Source: an uncultured cyanobacterium (GTDB lineage Bacteria > Cyanobacteriota > Cyanobacteriia > Leptolyngbyales > Leptolyngbyaceae). From it: DNA of 64,000 bases. Within the stretch, counting starts at the first letter, position 1; every line of letters begins with the position of its first letter. The notes under the pieces are model-generated. The model did no database searches. It worked only from the letters and a program-made list of their open reading frames with translations, and was not told the DNA's origin. Position numbers and translations under genes: made by a program. The DNA lies in NCBI GenBank assembly GCA_963766075.1, contig CAVYAN010000101.1, forward strand, positions 1 to 64,000, read 5' to 3'. Positions 31,904 to 42,700 of the stretch are shown here, piece after piece.

Positions 31904-33502
31904 TTAACGCCCCAATCGGACGGGAGTTCGGTTCTGTTTCACGTCGAAGCCTGCGGAGATAATCATAGATTGTCCAGTCATTTCAGCAGGCTGGGGCAAT
32001 TTCAGAATTTCCAGAATGGTTGGGGCAACGTCTGCCAAACGTCCGTCGCTCCGCAGAGTGACTTCTGTGCCATGTCCTGGAATCTTTACCCCTTCACCTT
32101 CCACCAGGATAAACGGCACAGGGTTGGTCGTGTGGGCTGTCCAAGGGTTACCTTGCTCGTCCCACATGGTTTCTGCATTGCCGTGATCGGCGGTAATTAA
32201 AGTGGTCCCACCGACCCGCGTAATGGCGGCCAGCAGCCGACCCAGGGCGTGATCGACGGTTTGGAGCGCTTGGATTGTCGCGTCCATCTTCCCCGTGTGC
32301 CCGACCATGTCGGGGTTGGCGTAGTTGATCACGATGAGTGAATAAATGCGCTTGTTGAGACCCGCAATCGCCACATCCGTAACCGCCTCCGCTGACATAG
32401 CGGGAGCCTTGTCGTAGGTGGCCACCATGGGACTGGAGACCAGTTCCCGATCCTCTCCCGGCAAGGGATCCTCAATGCCGCCGTTGAAGAAATACGTGAC
32501 ATGGGCATACTTTTCGGTTTCGGCGGTGCGGAGTTGCTTCAAGCCGTGATTGGCAATCACTTCGCCCAGAATGTTGTTCAGGTTTTGGGGCTCAAAAGCC
32601 ACGTCCACCGTCAGGGACGCATCATATTGGGTAAACGTGACAAAGGACAGGGGCGTAATCTGTGTCCGTTCAAAGCCGTTGAAGTCGGGATCAATAAACG
32701 CTTGGGTCAGTTCGCGGGCGCGATCGGGACGGAAGTTAAAGAACACCACACCATCATTGGGGGCCACGGCTCCTGGCGCAACACGGGTCGGCAGCACAAA
32801 CTCATCGTTTAATTCAGCCGTATAAGAATCTTGCAGGATTTCGAGAGCAGAGCGGCCATCCCCGGGACCATCGGTTGTGATCACTTCATAGGCTTTGTGG
32901 ACGCGATCCCAGCGGTGATCCCGATCCATGGCGTAGTAGCGTCCGCTAATAGTGGCAATTCGGCCAACGCCAACCTTGACGATGTAATCCTCAATTTGTT
33001 GGATATAGTTTTTCCCGGAAGCAGGGGCGGTGTCGCGTCCATCCGTAATGGCGTGAATGCAAACGTCGTCTAGGTGCTGATCTCTCGCCATGTCCAATAA
33101 ACCAAAGAGATGCAGCAGATGGGAATGAACTCCCCCATCCGAGCAGAGCCCTACGAGGTGGAGCTTGCCCCCTTGCCGCTTGACGGTCTGGTACAACTTC
33201 ACCAAGGCAGAATTACTAAGCAGGGTGCCATCTTCTACCGCATCGGAAATGCGCACCAACTCTTGGGGCACAACCCGTCCTGCACCCAGATTCAGGTGCC
33301 CAACTTCGGAATTGCCCATCTGGCCGTCGGGCAAGCCTACGTCTTTACCAGAGGTATGAATCAAAGTGTGAGGATAGGCAGCCCAGAGGCTATCGATGAC
33401 GGGGGTACTGGCCGCAGAAACCGCATTGCCATCGGTTTCTGCGCGGTAGCCCCAGCCGTCTAAAATGACCAACACTACGGGAGAGACGGGCGCTTGCGCC
33501 AT
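31904..33502 (-). CDS. gpmI: 2,3-bisphosphoglycerate-independent phosphoglycerate mutase
   Basis: ILDGWG, GQMGNSEVGH, GRYYAMDRD, AETEKYAHVT, NPDMVGHTG, TADHGN. Confidence 0.97.
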   Translation of the reverse strand: MAQAPVSPVVLVILDGWGYRAETDGNAVSAASTPVIDSLWAAYPHTLIHTSGKDVGLPDGQMGNSEVGHLNLGAGRVVPQELVRISDAVEDGTLLSNSALVKLYQTVKRQGGKLHLVGLCSDGGVHSHLLHLFGLLDMARDQHLDDVCIHAITDGRDTAPASGKNYIQQIEDYIVKVGVGRIATISGRYYAMDRDHRWDRVHKAYEVITTDGPGDGRSALEILQDSYTAELNDEFVLPTRVAPGAVAPNDGVVFFNFRPDRARELTQAFIDPDFNGFERTQITPLSFVTFTQYDASLTVDVAFEPQNLNNILGEVIANHGLKQLRTAETEKYAHVTYFFNGGIEDPLPGEDRELVSSPMVATYDKAPAMSAEAVTDVAIAGLNKRIYSLIVINYANPDMVGHTGKMDATIQALQTVDHALGRLLAAITRVGGTTLITADHGNAETMWDEQGNPWTAHTTNPVPFILVEGEGVKIPGHGTEVTLRSDGRLADVAPTILEILKLPQPAEMTGQSMIISAGFDVKQNRTPVRLGR

Positions 33503-33924
33503 AGGTAAACTCACTTCGTTGAATGAATCTTCGGCAAATAATACCATTTCCTCCCGTTCTCTTGGGTTGCAAGAGGATACGGGAAGCCGGACTTTTAAGA
33601 AGGGAAAAGTCAAATGTATAGGCTGAAACCTTGACGCAGCGTAGAATTTGCCGCACGGAAATCAGCAGAAAAGTCTTAAAAAGTTGTTGATGATAAAGGT
33701 TTTGGCATTGGCTCCGGAAAATATTTCAGCGGGATTCAATGTATCAAATCCGCAGATTATTTTTTTGAAAAAACCAATTTTTACTGTCTGCTATTTGTTT
33801 CAAACTTTAGCGGTTATCTTTAACCGACTTGCAAAACCGGGGATATCTTTTAAGTATTCGTCAGTATTCGCTTAAGGAGATTTTTGTTAAACAACCTACT
33901 GCTGGCTACCCTGCGGCTAATGGA

Positions 33925-34144
33925 CTACGGCTCCACTCAGTTCGGCTCAGGGAACAATCTGGCGCTGGCTCTATTTCTGAAAATCACCTTAGGCAACTTC
34001 CAGGAAAAAAATCACCTTAGGCAACTTCCAGGAAAAATTGAACCGACCCGGATTGCTTCCTGAGCGAAGTCGAAGGGAACAATCTCTCGCTGGCTGCGAC
34101 TCCGCTCAGCCAGCGGGTCTATATATTTCTCGCAAATCACCTTA
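33925..34144. repeat. Composite repeat cluster (REP/MITE-like motifs plus 28-bp tandem duplication)
   Basis: AAATCACCTTAGGCAACTTCCAGGAAAA twice (33981-34036) and a third AAATCACCTTA near 34134-34144. CCTGAGCGAAGTCGAAGGG and CGACTCCGCTCAG motifs. Confidence 0.65.
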
Positions 34145-35845
34145 CCGCTTGGCAGTTTTCTTGCTTTTTTCTTTTTCGCGCTTGGCGGCAGCTTTTGCCG
34201 CTTTTGCGGCTTCGATGGCTTCTAGCTCCGCCCGCTGCTTTTCTTCGGCAATTTTGTCTAGATAGTAGTGATAGTCTCCGCGATACAGGATCAGTTCTCC
34301 ATCGCGGATTTCGACGATTTTGTTGGCGACTTGGGAAATAAAGTAGCGATCGTGGGAGACGATGACGACGGTGCCATCGTAGGTTTTAAGGGCATCCTCT
34401 AGCATTTCCTTGGCCGGAATGTCAAGGTGATTGGTGGGCTCGTCCAGGATTAGCAAGTTGGCAGGGCGCAGGAGCATTTTGGCTAGGGCTAAGCGTGCTT
34501 TTTCCCCCCGCTGAGAGAGCCGACTTTTTTATAAACGGTGTCGCCAGTAAACAGAAATCGGCCCAGCAAGGTGCGGACTTCTTCGTTGGTCCATTGGGGC
34601 ACTTCATCATGAATGGTTTCCATGACGGTTTTGCCGAGGTCGAGGGCTTCGGCTTGGTTTTGCTCGAAGTAGCCGGGAAGCACGTTGTGATCTCCCAGTT
34701 TAATCGTGCCTTCGGTGGGCTGTTCCATGCCCATCAGCAGAGTGTAAGAGGGTGGATTTGCCTGCGCCATTGGGACCCAAAAAAGCAATGCGATCGCCCC
34801 GTTCAATCAGCAAATTTGCGCCGAGGAAAAGAATTTTATCGCCGTAGGAATGGGTTAAATCCCGCACTTCGATCACTTCTCGACCACTGCGGGGAGCGGG
34901 GGGAAAGCGAAAGTGCAGGGTGCGGACGCCGCCATCGGGGGCTTCGATGCGATCGATTTTGTCGAGTTGTTTTTCGCGGCTCTTAGCTTGGGTGCTGCGG
35001 GTGGCACTGGCGCGGAAGCGATCGACAAAGGCTTGTTGCTTGTCAATTTCCTTTTGTTGGCGTTCGTAGGCACTCAGTTGGGCCAGCTTATTCTCTTCTT
35101 TTTGTTGGAGGTAGGAGGAATAGTTACCCAGGTAGGTGGCGGATACGCCCCGCTCGGTCTCGACGATTTGGGTGCAGAGACGGTCTAGGAATTCCCGGTC
35201 ATGGGAGACGATGACCATGGGGGTGGAGAGCCCCTTCAAATAGTTTTCGAGCCACTCGATGGTTTCGAGGTCCAAGTGGTTCGTCGGCTCGTCCAAGAGA
35301 AGAATGTCGGGTTTTTGGAGCAGGATTTTGCCTAAACTCATGCGCATTTGCCAGCCGCCGCTAAAGGCGCTGACGAGGCGATCGCCGTCATCCAGGGCAA
35401 ATCCCAACTCCGGCATGATTTTCTCAATCTTGGATTCTAGGCCATAGCCATCAAGTCCTTCAAATTGGCGTTGCAGGCGGTCCATGTCATGGATTAGCTT
35501 ATCCAGAGCGACGGGATCGGCGGTTTCCATGGCCCGATGTACTTCTGAAAGCGCATTATGGACATCGTTGGCCTGCTCAAAGGCGCGCCAGAATTCTTCC
35601 TTAACCGTGCGGGTGGGATCGACCTCAAATTCTTGGGTGAGGTAGGCGATGTGCAAACTGGCGGGCCGAATCACTTCGCCAGTGGTGGGTTCCATTTCCC
35701 CCGCGATGATTTTCAACTGGGTGGATTTTCCGGCACCGTTGACACCTACGAGTCCGATGCGATCGCCGGGTTTGACTTCCCAGTTGACATCTTTAAGGAC
35801 TTCTCCGGTGGGATAAATTTTGCTGACGTGTTCGAGGCGAAGCAT
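34142..35845 (-). CDS. ABC-F family ATP-binding protein; frameshifts near 34743 and in the run at 34504-34509
   Basis: Two ABC domains without TM segments: [39 protein letters not shown](E)KARL. Confidence 0.92.
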
Positions 35846-36169
35846 GGGGAAAGGGGATAGGTAGGGGTGAGGAATGAACGGGAGAGTGGGCAGTGTGGCG
35901 TGTGGAGTGCTGAGCGCTCGCTGCGGCTTGGCGCTGTGTTGACCTCGACCCCCGAACCGATTGCCCATGGCCCGCTGCCGATAAAGACTCGGTTTGAGGG
36001 CCGAGTAATTTATGACAAACTGCAAAGACTGTAACAAAAATTCATGCCGAATGGTGAAAAATTCTTGGGCGATGGCGATATTGCCGCAGGGACAGGGGCA
36101 CGCCAAGGGAATTAGAATTAGAGAGGAATTAGATTTAGAGACACTATTAACTGCTCTGAGGCTGTCCTT

Positions 36170-37015
36170 ATGGTTATTGCCCCAAGCTCGGAGGCGTTTC
36201 GAGAACCCTTTAGTGACGAGCCGGAATTGGAACATTCTTTGCATCTGACTCAAATCGTTCTGCTCTTGACCTGTTTGGAATGGTGGTGGCAGGATCGGCA
36301 GGATTTTTTTGCGGCGGGGAATCTGAGTATTTATTTCCGCCCGGAGCAGTTGGAAAAAAATACCTTTGTGGGGCCTGATTTTTTCGTGGTGCTGGAGACC
36401 CAGCGGCGGCAACGGGGCAGTTGGATGGTGTCCCTGGAGGGGGGCAAGTTTCCCAATTTGATTGTTGAGGTGCTGTCGCCGAAGACGGCCCGGGGCGATC
36501 GCACCACCAAAAAACAGATTTATCAGGATGTTTTCCAGACACCCGAATATTTTTGGTTTAATCCCCATACCAAACGGCGGGAATTCAAGGGTTTTCGGCT
36601 GCGCGCCGGGGTTTACGAAGAACTTCTGCCAACTGATCAAGGTTGGCTTTGGAGTGAGGAATTGCAGCTCTATCTGGGCGTGACCGATGGATTTTTGCGC
36701 TATTTCACTCCCGAGGGTGTGATGGTGCCAAACTTTCAAGAAGAAACATCGCGCCAAGGGCAAATCATCGCGGCAATCCAGGCGCGGCTGGATACAACCG
36801 AGCGGCGATTAGCGTGGGAAACCCGCCGTTGGCAGCAGGAAAGCCTGCGGGCTGAGCAAGAAAGTCTGCGGGCTGAGCAAGAAAGCCTGCGGGCTGAGCA
36901 AGAAAGTCTGCGGGCTGAGCAGGAGAGCCACCGGGCCGAGCAGGAAAGCCTGCGGGCGGAGCGCTTAGCAGCACAATTGCGGTCTTTAGGCGTTAATCCC
37001 GATGCCCTGGAATGA
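36170..37015 (+). CDS. Uma2 (DUF820) family endonuclease-like protein with heptad-repeat tail
   Basis: GPDFFVV, PNLIVEVLS, EYFWFNP, and C-terminal RAEQESL repeats. Confidence 0.9.
   Translation: MVIAPSSEAFREPFSDEPELEHSLHLTQIVLLLTCLEWWWQDRQDFFAAGNLSIYFRPEQLEKNTFVGPDFFVVLETQRRQRGSWMVSLEGGKFPNLIVEVLSPKTARGDRTTKKQIYQDVFQTPEYFWFNPHTKRREFKGFRLRAGVYEELLPTDQGWLWSEELQLYLGVTDGFLRYFTPEGVMVPNFQEETSRQGQIIAAIQARLDTTERRLAWETRRWQQESLRAEQESLRAEQESLRAEQESLRAEQESHRAEQESLRAERLAAQLRSLGVNPDALE
36835..36960 (+). repeat. In-frame 21-bp tandem repeat, about 6 copies
   Basis: CA(A/G)GAAAG(C/T)CTGCGGGCTGAG units encoding QESLRAE. Confidence 0.9.
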
Positions 37016-37059
37016 TTAATTGCCATACTGCCCAATGCTTCCGTCGAATGGGGGTGCGA

Positions 37060-40000
37060 TTAATCTTGCTCCACGGCACCTAGGGTTTGCAGAGTCATCT
37101 TTTGAGCGTTGGTTAGGCCGGTGACCCCAGCAATATTCATGCCTTGGTAAGGACGTGGCCCTTTGAGGATGTTCAGACATTTTCCGGTGAGCAGATCCCA
37201 GACACGAATGGTTTCGTCTTCGCTACCGCTGAGCAGGATGGGAGTACGGGAGGGGGGTGCCGGGGACTGGGCAAGTTGTAGAAAAGGGGGAATTTGGGCA
37301 TCTGGGATGGGGAGGCGCGCTATCTCGTTGGTCGCGATCGCCCATACACAATTACTGTGTCCTTGGAGGGTGTTGAGGCATTCGCCCGTGGCTGGGTGCC
37401 AAATTTTGATGCTAGTGTCTTTGCTGCCGCTGATGAGTTGGGTGCCGTCTGGGGAAAAGGCGAGACATTGCACGCGATCGCTATGTCCACGCAGAATCTG
37501 GCGACAGGGAAGCACACTTAAAACACTTAAATCAGCTAAATCGGCGGCCAAATCCCACAGGCGCAGGGTCTGGTCTTCTCCACCGGTGGCCAGCGATCGC
37601 CCATCGGGACTAAAGCGAGCGGCCCAGACCCTTCCACTGTGCCCGCGTAGCACCGTTGAGCATTCTCCAGTTTCTAGGTTCCACAGGCGGATGGTCTGAT
37701 CCTCGCCCGTGCTGGCCAGTAGAGGTGCAGTGGGGTGATAGGCCAGGGACCAAATACGGCCCTCGTGGCCCCGTAGGCTGTGTCGGCATTCTCCCGTGGC
37801 TACGTCCCACAGGTGAATCACTTGATCGAAGCCACTGCTGGCCAAGGTGGTGCCATTTGGGCTGAATTGCACGTCCATAATCCAATTGGTATGGCCCCGC
37901 AGCACGCGCAATCCGCTTCCCGTTTGGGGATCCCATAGACGAATGCTTTGGTCTAGACTGCCGCTGGCAAGGAGACTGCCGTCAGGACTGAAGGCCACGG
38001 CGGGGATCCAATTGGTGTGTCCCGTTAGGGTGCGCAGGCATTGTCCGTTGGTGATGTCCCAGAGTTTGACGGTGTGATCGGCGCTGCCACTGGCGGCGAT
38101 TAGAGTAGGCGCAGGTGGCGCAGGCGGCACGAGATCAGAGACAGGCGGCGGGGCGAGATTTCCTTGAGGCTGGAGGGCGATCGCCCAAATGGCATCGCTG
38201 TAGCCTTGCAGGGTGGTTAAACATTCGCCGGATTTGAGATCCCAGAGTTTGACTCGCTGATTCATACTGCCGCTCACCAAGCGGTGGGGAGGGGCGCAGG
38301 CTACGGACCAAATGGACCCTTGATGGCCGGGGAGCACTTTCAGGCATTCGCCGGTGTGGCTGTCCCAAATTCGCAGGGTTTCGTCTTCACTGCCGCTGAC
38401 GATGCGGCTACCGTCGGGACTGTAGGCCACAGCACGAATGTGGTTGGTGTGTCCCTCTAGCGTGTGCACACAGGTAGCAGTGGTGAGGTCCCAGAGCTTG
38501 AGGGCGGCGGCACCCCCTGTAGCCAAGCGAGAACTGTAGGGGTGAGTGGCGATCGCCCAGACACCCCCACTGTCGGCAGCCAAGGTCTGCAAGCATGGAC
38601 CGTTATGCTGAGTACCTGGGTTTAGGGCATCTGGGTTTAGGGCATCTGGGTTTAGAGTCTCTGGGTTTAGGACATTCCAGAACTTAATGGTGTCATCAGC
38701 ACTGACACTGACCAAGACAGTCGATGATGGAAGGGTCCCTGACTCCTGAGCGGAATGCTCTTGGTTGGGGGTATGGCGATCGTGGCCGATGACATTGTGG
38801 CCGACGACATTGTGGCCAATGACAGAGTTGGGCGGTAGGGTGACAAAGGCGAGCGATCGCACCCAGTCTGTATGTCCTACCCAAGTCCGGAGGCATTGCC
38901 CGCTGCGCGGATTCCAGAGCTTGATTGTACCGTCAGAACTGCCGCTGGCTAGAAGACCGTCTGGATAGTCAGGCAGCACAGCGATCGCCAGGGAGAGCAC
39001 CCAGTCCCCATGCCCTGACAACGTGCGTAGGCATTGTCCACTGTGGGCATCCCAGAGTTTGATCCTGTGGTCGGTACTGCCACTAGCAAACCAGGTGCCC
39101 TGGGGATGAAAACAGAGGGCGGGAATCCAGTTGGTGTGGCCGCTACAGGTCAACAGCTTTTTGCCGTCGGTGGCTTGCCAGAGGTGAATTTGGTGGCGGG
39201 CATCGCTGGCGGCAAACTGCTGCCCATCTGGGCTAAAGGCAACGGACCAGACGTTGCCCAGGGTTTCGGTAAAGACGGACTGGCTCAGATCGCAGTGGCG
39301 AAAGTTGACCTGATGCAGGCGGACATCGGGCAGGTAGGCTTGCCAAACCGCCAGGTTAGAAAAGTCGTAGCCCGTAAGGTCCACGTCCAGATGATGGAGC
39401 AAATTGAGGATGTTGCCCGCCGCGTAGCTGGGGGCTTGGGCAAATTCGACTTGCAATTGGTGCAGGATCCGATTGAGCTGGAAGATGACTTGCTTGGGGG
39501 AATGGAGCAGGGTGATCAGGCGATCGCACACGCTCTGGACAATCAATCGGGTCTGGCTTTCACGGATGTAGCTTTTGGCTTGGGCCTTCATCAGGGCGTG
39601 CCGAATCAATAAATTGGGTTGTCCCGCACAAATTTCCTGGCAGACTTGTTCAATGAATTGCTCGGTCAGATATTCCATGACAACGGGCTGGAGGGTGAAG
39701 CCGGTGGCGCTGGTTTCGATGAAAAAGCGCCTTGCTAGAGATTTGAGGGCTTCGGGTGCTCGCCGCTTGGCGATGGCAGACAGCAGATCCTCCTGCAACT
39801 GATTGAGGGATACCAAATCCCGATTAATCGTCAGCCAGTACAGAATTTCTTGTTCATCTGCCGACACGGTGGCAAATTGCCGACTGACAAACTGATGAAT
39901 ATCTTCAAAAATGACACTGCCGGATTGCAATAGCGCCGTGAATCGGGGAATGTTGCTATTGAATAAATCCTTGATGGTGGACGCCACGAACTTGAGGGCT

Positions 40001-40956
40001 AGGGGATTGCCAACATAGTGGCGGGTGAGGGTTTGCCATTCCTCCTCCGTGGCCGAAAAGTTACCGCGCAATCGAAAGATTTGCTGCCCTTCGACATGGC
40101 TAAGACCCTTCACAGGCAGCGATCGCACGGGTGTTATTGCCCCTTCTTGAATATCCATTTCCCGTGGTTTTTCCCGACTGGTGAGGAGCAGGCAACTCTG
40201 GTGGGGCACTTGGCCCACACGCAAAAACAGATCGCCATAGTTTTCGTATCCGGGGCGATAATGACCGGCGTGGTGGGCGGTTTCCGCATCCTGAAAAATC
40301 GGTTCAGCATTATCTAAAATGATCAGGCAGCGGCGATCGCGCAATCGCTGAATCAACTCTGAAAGCTGTTCGTGGGGATCCGTGGGAATGGCTGTTTCTT
40401 CATGACTTTGCAGAAACTTGAGCAAACTCACCAGTAAATCTGTTAGAGGGGGGGCGTTGCGCAGCGATCGCCACACCAAACAGTCAAAATCCCCTTGCAC
40501 TTGCTGGGCCAGTTTCACCGACAGCGAGGTTTTGCCGATGCCCCCCATGCCTAGCAGGGCCACTAATCGGCAGCGATCGACCACCAGCCACTGTGCCAGG
40601 GTTTCCAGTTCCATCCTCCGGCCAAAGAACGTGGAAACATCGATGGCCTCTCCCCAGTCCTGCTGCTTGACGGCCTGCGGCACCACCGGTCGGGGGGGCG
40701 CATGATATCGCATCCACCGTTCCAGTACTGTTTTGACATTTTGTTTGGTAATGCCTTCGCCAAACGTTTCGGATAGCAGTTTCCATAGCTCTGCCCCCAC
40801 GGAGCGTACATACTCTGTGGTGTAGTTCAGTTCTTCGGCAATTTGGGGATAGGTTAAGCCCTGCCATGACTGCCGAAAAACTTGATCCTGCGTGTTATTG
40901 AGCGGTCGGTCCTGCAGAACCGTATCGAGTAGATCCAGCGCTTCAGCGATCGTCAT
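37060..40956 (-). CDS. wHTH + NB-ARC/NACHT + WD40-repeat STAND protein
   Basis: DWGEAIDVSTFFGR, GMGGIGKT, LIILDN, GNPLAL, many GH..WD repeats, and C-terminal RPYQGMNI. Confidence 0.93.
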   Translation of the reverse strand: MTIAEALDLLDTVLQDRPLNNTQDQVFRQSWQGLTYPQIAEELNYTTEYVRSVGAELWKLLSETFGEGITKQNVKTVLERWMRYHAPPRPVVPQAVKQQDWGEAIDVSTFFGRRMELETLAQWLVVDRCRLVALLGMGGIGKTSLSVKLAQQVQGDFDCLVWRSLRNAPPLTDLLVSLLKFLQSHEETAIPTDPHEQLSELIQRLRDRRCLIILDNAEPIFQDAETAHHAGHYRPGYENYGDLFLRVGQVPHQSCLLLTSREKPREMDIQEGAITPVRSLPVKGLSHVEGQQIFRLRGNFSATEEEWQTLTRHYVGNPLALKFVASTIKDLFNSNIPRFTALLQSGSVIFEDIHQFVSRQFATVSADEQEILYWLTINRDLVSLNQLQEDLLSAIAKRRAPEALKSLARRFFIETSATGFTLQPVVMEYLTEQFIEQVCQEICAGQPNLLIRHALMKAQAKSYIRESQTRLIVQSVCDRLITLLHSPKQVIFQLNRILHQLQVEFAQAPSYAAGNILNLLHHLDVDLTGYDFSNLAVWQAYLPDVRLHQVNFRHCDLSQSVFTETLGNVWSVAFSPDGQQFAASDARHQIHLWQATDGKKLLTCSGHTNWIPALCFHPQGTWFASGSTDHRIKLWDAHSGQCLRTLSGHGDWVLSLAIAVLPDYPDGLLASGSSDGTIKLWNPRSGQCLRTWVGHTDWVRSLAFVTLPPNSVIGHNVVGHNVIGHDRHTPNQEHSAQESGTLPSSTVLVSVSADDTIKFWNVLNPETLNPDALNPDALNPGTQHNGPCLQTLAADSGGVWAIATHPYSSRLATGGAAALKLWDLTTATCVHTLEGHTNHIRAVAYSPDGSRIVSGSEDETLRIWDSHTGECLKVLPGHQGSIWSVACAPPHRLVSGSMNQRVKLWDLKSGECLTTLQGYSDAIWAIALQPQGNLAPPPVSDLVPPAPPAPTLIAASGSADHTVKLWDITNGQCLRTLTGHTNWIPAVAFSPDGSLLASGSLDQSIRLWDPQTGSGLRVLRGHTNWIMDVQFSPNGTTLASSGFDQVIHLWDVATGECRHSLRGHEGRIWSLAYHPTAPLLASTGEDQTIRLWNLETGECSTVLRGHSGRVWAARFSPDGRSLATGGEDQTLRLWDLAADLADLSVLSVLPCRQILRGHSDRVQCLAFSPDGTQLISGSKDTSIKIWHPATGECLNTLQGHSNCVWAIATNEIARLPIPDAQIPPFLQLAQSPAPPSRTPILLSGSEDETIRVWDLLTGKCLNILKGPRPYQGMNIAGVTGLTNAQKMTLQTLGAVEQD

Positions 40957-41251
40957 CCTTGCCAGCACCCTGTGACGATATCGTTTAGTGTACATGGTTG
41001 GGGAAGTGCCGGAAAGCTGGCGACGTGCCCCTCCAGGCACACCGGACGGTAGCGTAGAAGACACCGTAGGCACATGCGAGACTGAAAACAATGGGCGAGC
41101 ACTGCGGCTACACCCCAGAGCCGCAGTGATTTATACCAAGAGCGCCATCAAGCGGGACAATTTGATATTGAAAAGAGTCAGGAGTCAGAATTTCCCCCCT
41201 GACTCCTGGCCTCCCGGCTCCTGAATGCCTTGCCAGCACGGCTGTTCCGAC

Positions 41252-42199
41252 TTAAGTTAATACCCCGATCGCGGAAATGATATAAGGCGAAGGCTCGGGG
41301 AGCAGCTTGGAGTACTTCGTGTCGTAGTGGCGCACTTCCAAGTAATTTAAATTGGCAAAATTTGGCTTGTAAATGCTGAAGTGTTCCATCAAACAAAAGG
41401 TGGCAGCGCTTTCCAAAGGTCCAACCATCAGCGCGGTACCGTTCCACTTCCGATCTAAACTAACCCAGCGTTGCATTTGTGCTTTCGACAAGCAATACAT
41501 GCCAGAGTGGCAATTGGTGCATTCAGAAAGTTTCGCACCGTCTAGATCAAAGGTTGATAATTTATCCCAAGCAACTCTTGAATCAATTGTCAGGTCAATA
41601 TAGCTCTTTCTGCCCTCATACATTTCATAACGATTCGGAAACAGCAGCCTATCGTTGCGATCGCCATACTGATTAAACCTAGCAAGTTTGTCTAAAAATC
41701 GACTATCTGAGATGACAATGTCATCCTCAATAAACATAAACCAGTCATAGTCATTAACCCGGCTAGCGAGCGCCTCTTGAGCCCGATACCCGATGTACAT
41801 TGGATCCCAATCTGGTTGGTCTTGGACGATGACGGCACGGCGTTGATAGTCAGGCAGGTACGCAGCCACACTACGTCCCGGCAGGGTGCTAATCAAAATC
41901 GTTAAATCGCAATGCGCAAAACTACACAGTAAACCCTCAATCGTCTGTTCCAAACGCTGAGTTTTCACCGCTCCACGTGTAGGTGAACTCGCTTCTTCTG
42001 AGGAGGTGATATGGGCGATCGCGACGCATAACTTGGGACGAGCGGGCGGAAATGGATCAGGTTCCGCAAACACCTCAATGGACCGGGATCGCTGATAGAG
42101 CCGCAAGAGCTTTAATTTTTCCGATATTGAAACAAAAACTCTTAGGGCAACGGCGATACAAAAAGCCGTTGAATTAATCAATTTACTCTTCAGAGACAT
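41252..42199 (-). CDS. Hypothetical protein, possibly GT-A glycosyltransferase-like
   Basis: Long ORF with YDWFMFIEDDIVI (DxD-like), PNRYE, NCHSG and GPLESAAT. Confidence 0.5.
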   Translation of the reverse strand: MSLKSKLINSTAFCIAVALRVFVSISEKLKLLRLYQRSRSIEVFAEPDPFPPARPKLCVAIAHITSSEEASSPTRGAVKTQRLEQTIEGLLCSFAHCDLTILISTLPGRSVAAYLPDYQRRAVIVQDQPDWDPMYIGYRAQEALASRVNDYDWFMFIEDDIVISDSRFLDKLARFNQYGDRNDRLLFPNRYEMYEGRKSYIDLTIDSRVAWDKLSTFDLDGAKLSECTNCHSGMYCLSKAQMQRWVSLDRKWNGTALMVGPLESAATFCLMEHFSIYKPNFANLNYLEVRHYDTKYSKLLPEPSPYIISAIGVLT

Positions 42200-42606
42200 G
42201 CTTTACGTCACTCCATAGCTCGCTATAAATTTATCGAAATCGAGACTTCATCGAGCACCCTTGGATTCGTTAGTCTACGTATTCTTTATTTCTAGTGCGG
42301 CAAGGCAGAAATAACCAGCAGCTTGCCATAGTAGGTGCTCAGCTCCCGGAAGAGAATTGAGACTAGACTGAGATAATTCAGTGATTTCCAGGAAAGCAGT
42401 TTCCTCTAGGAGGGCTAGGTATCCAGAAGATGAGGCAGTTGCCTCGGATTATCAGAAATGAGCTAGTAGACTGCGGCTTAAATACGCCAACCATTAGGAA
42501 ATGGCAGACTGCTGACAGCACAATCGCGAGCACTACTGAATGATGACAGGTTGATCTCCGCCGTAGAGTACTAGATGGACTGAATCAAATATCAAAGGCG
42601 GCTTCC

Positions 42607-42700
42607 GTAGGGGCGAAGCGTTTGGCCATGCTCTTTGCAGTACTACTAATCTCACTGCCAAAGGCTACAGCCTGCGGCATGGCTACGCCTACCGCCCGTA
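42607..42700. repeat. Degenerate GTAG-type REP-like element
   Basis: GTAGGGGCGAAGCGTTTGGC ... GCCAAAGGCTAC ... CGCCCGTAC imperfect inverted ends. Confidence 0.45.

Noticed and set aside
35846..36763. Long N-terminal extension of the ABC-F ORF in the track
   Set aside because: It is antisense to the Uma2 gene; the real start is MLRLEHVSK at 35845.
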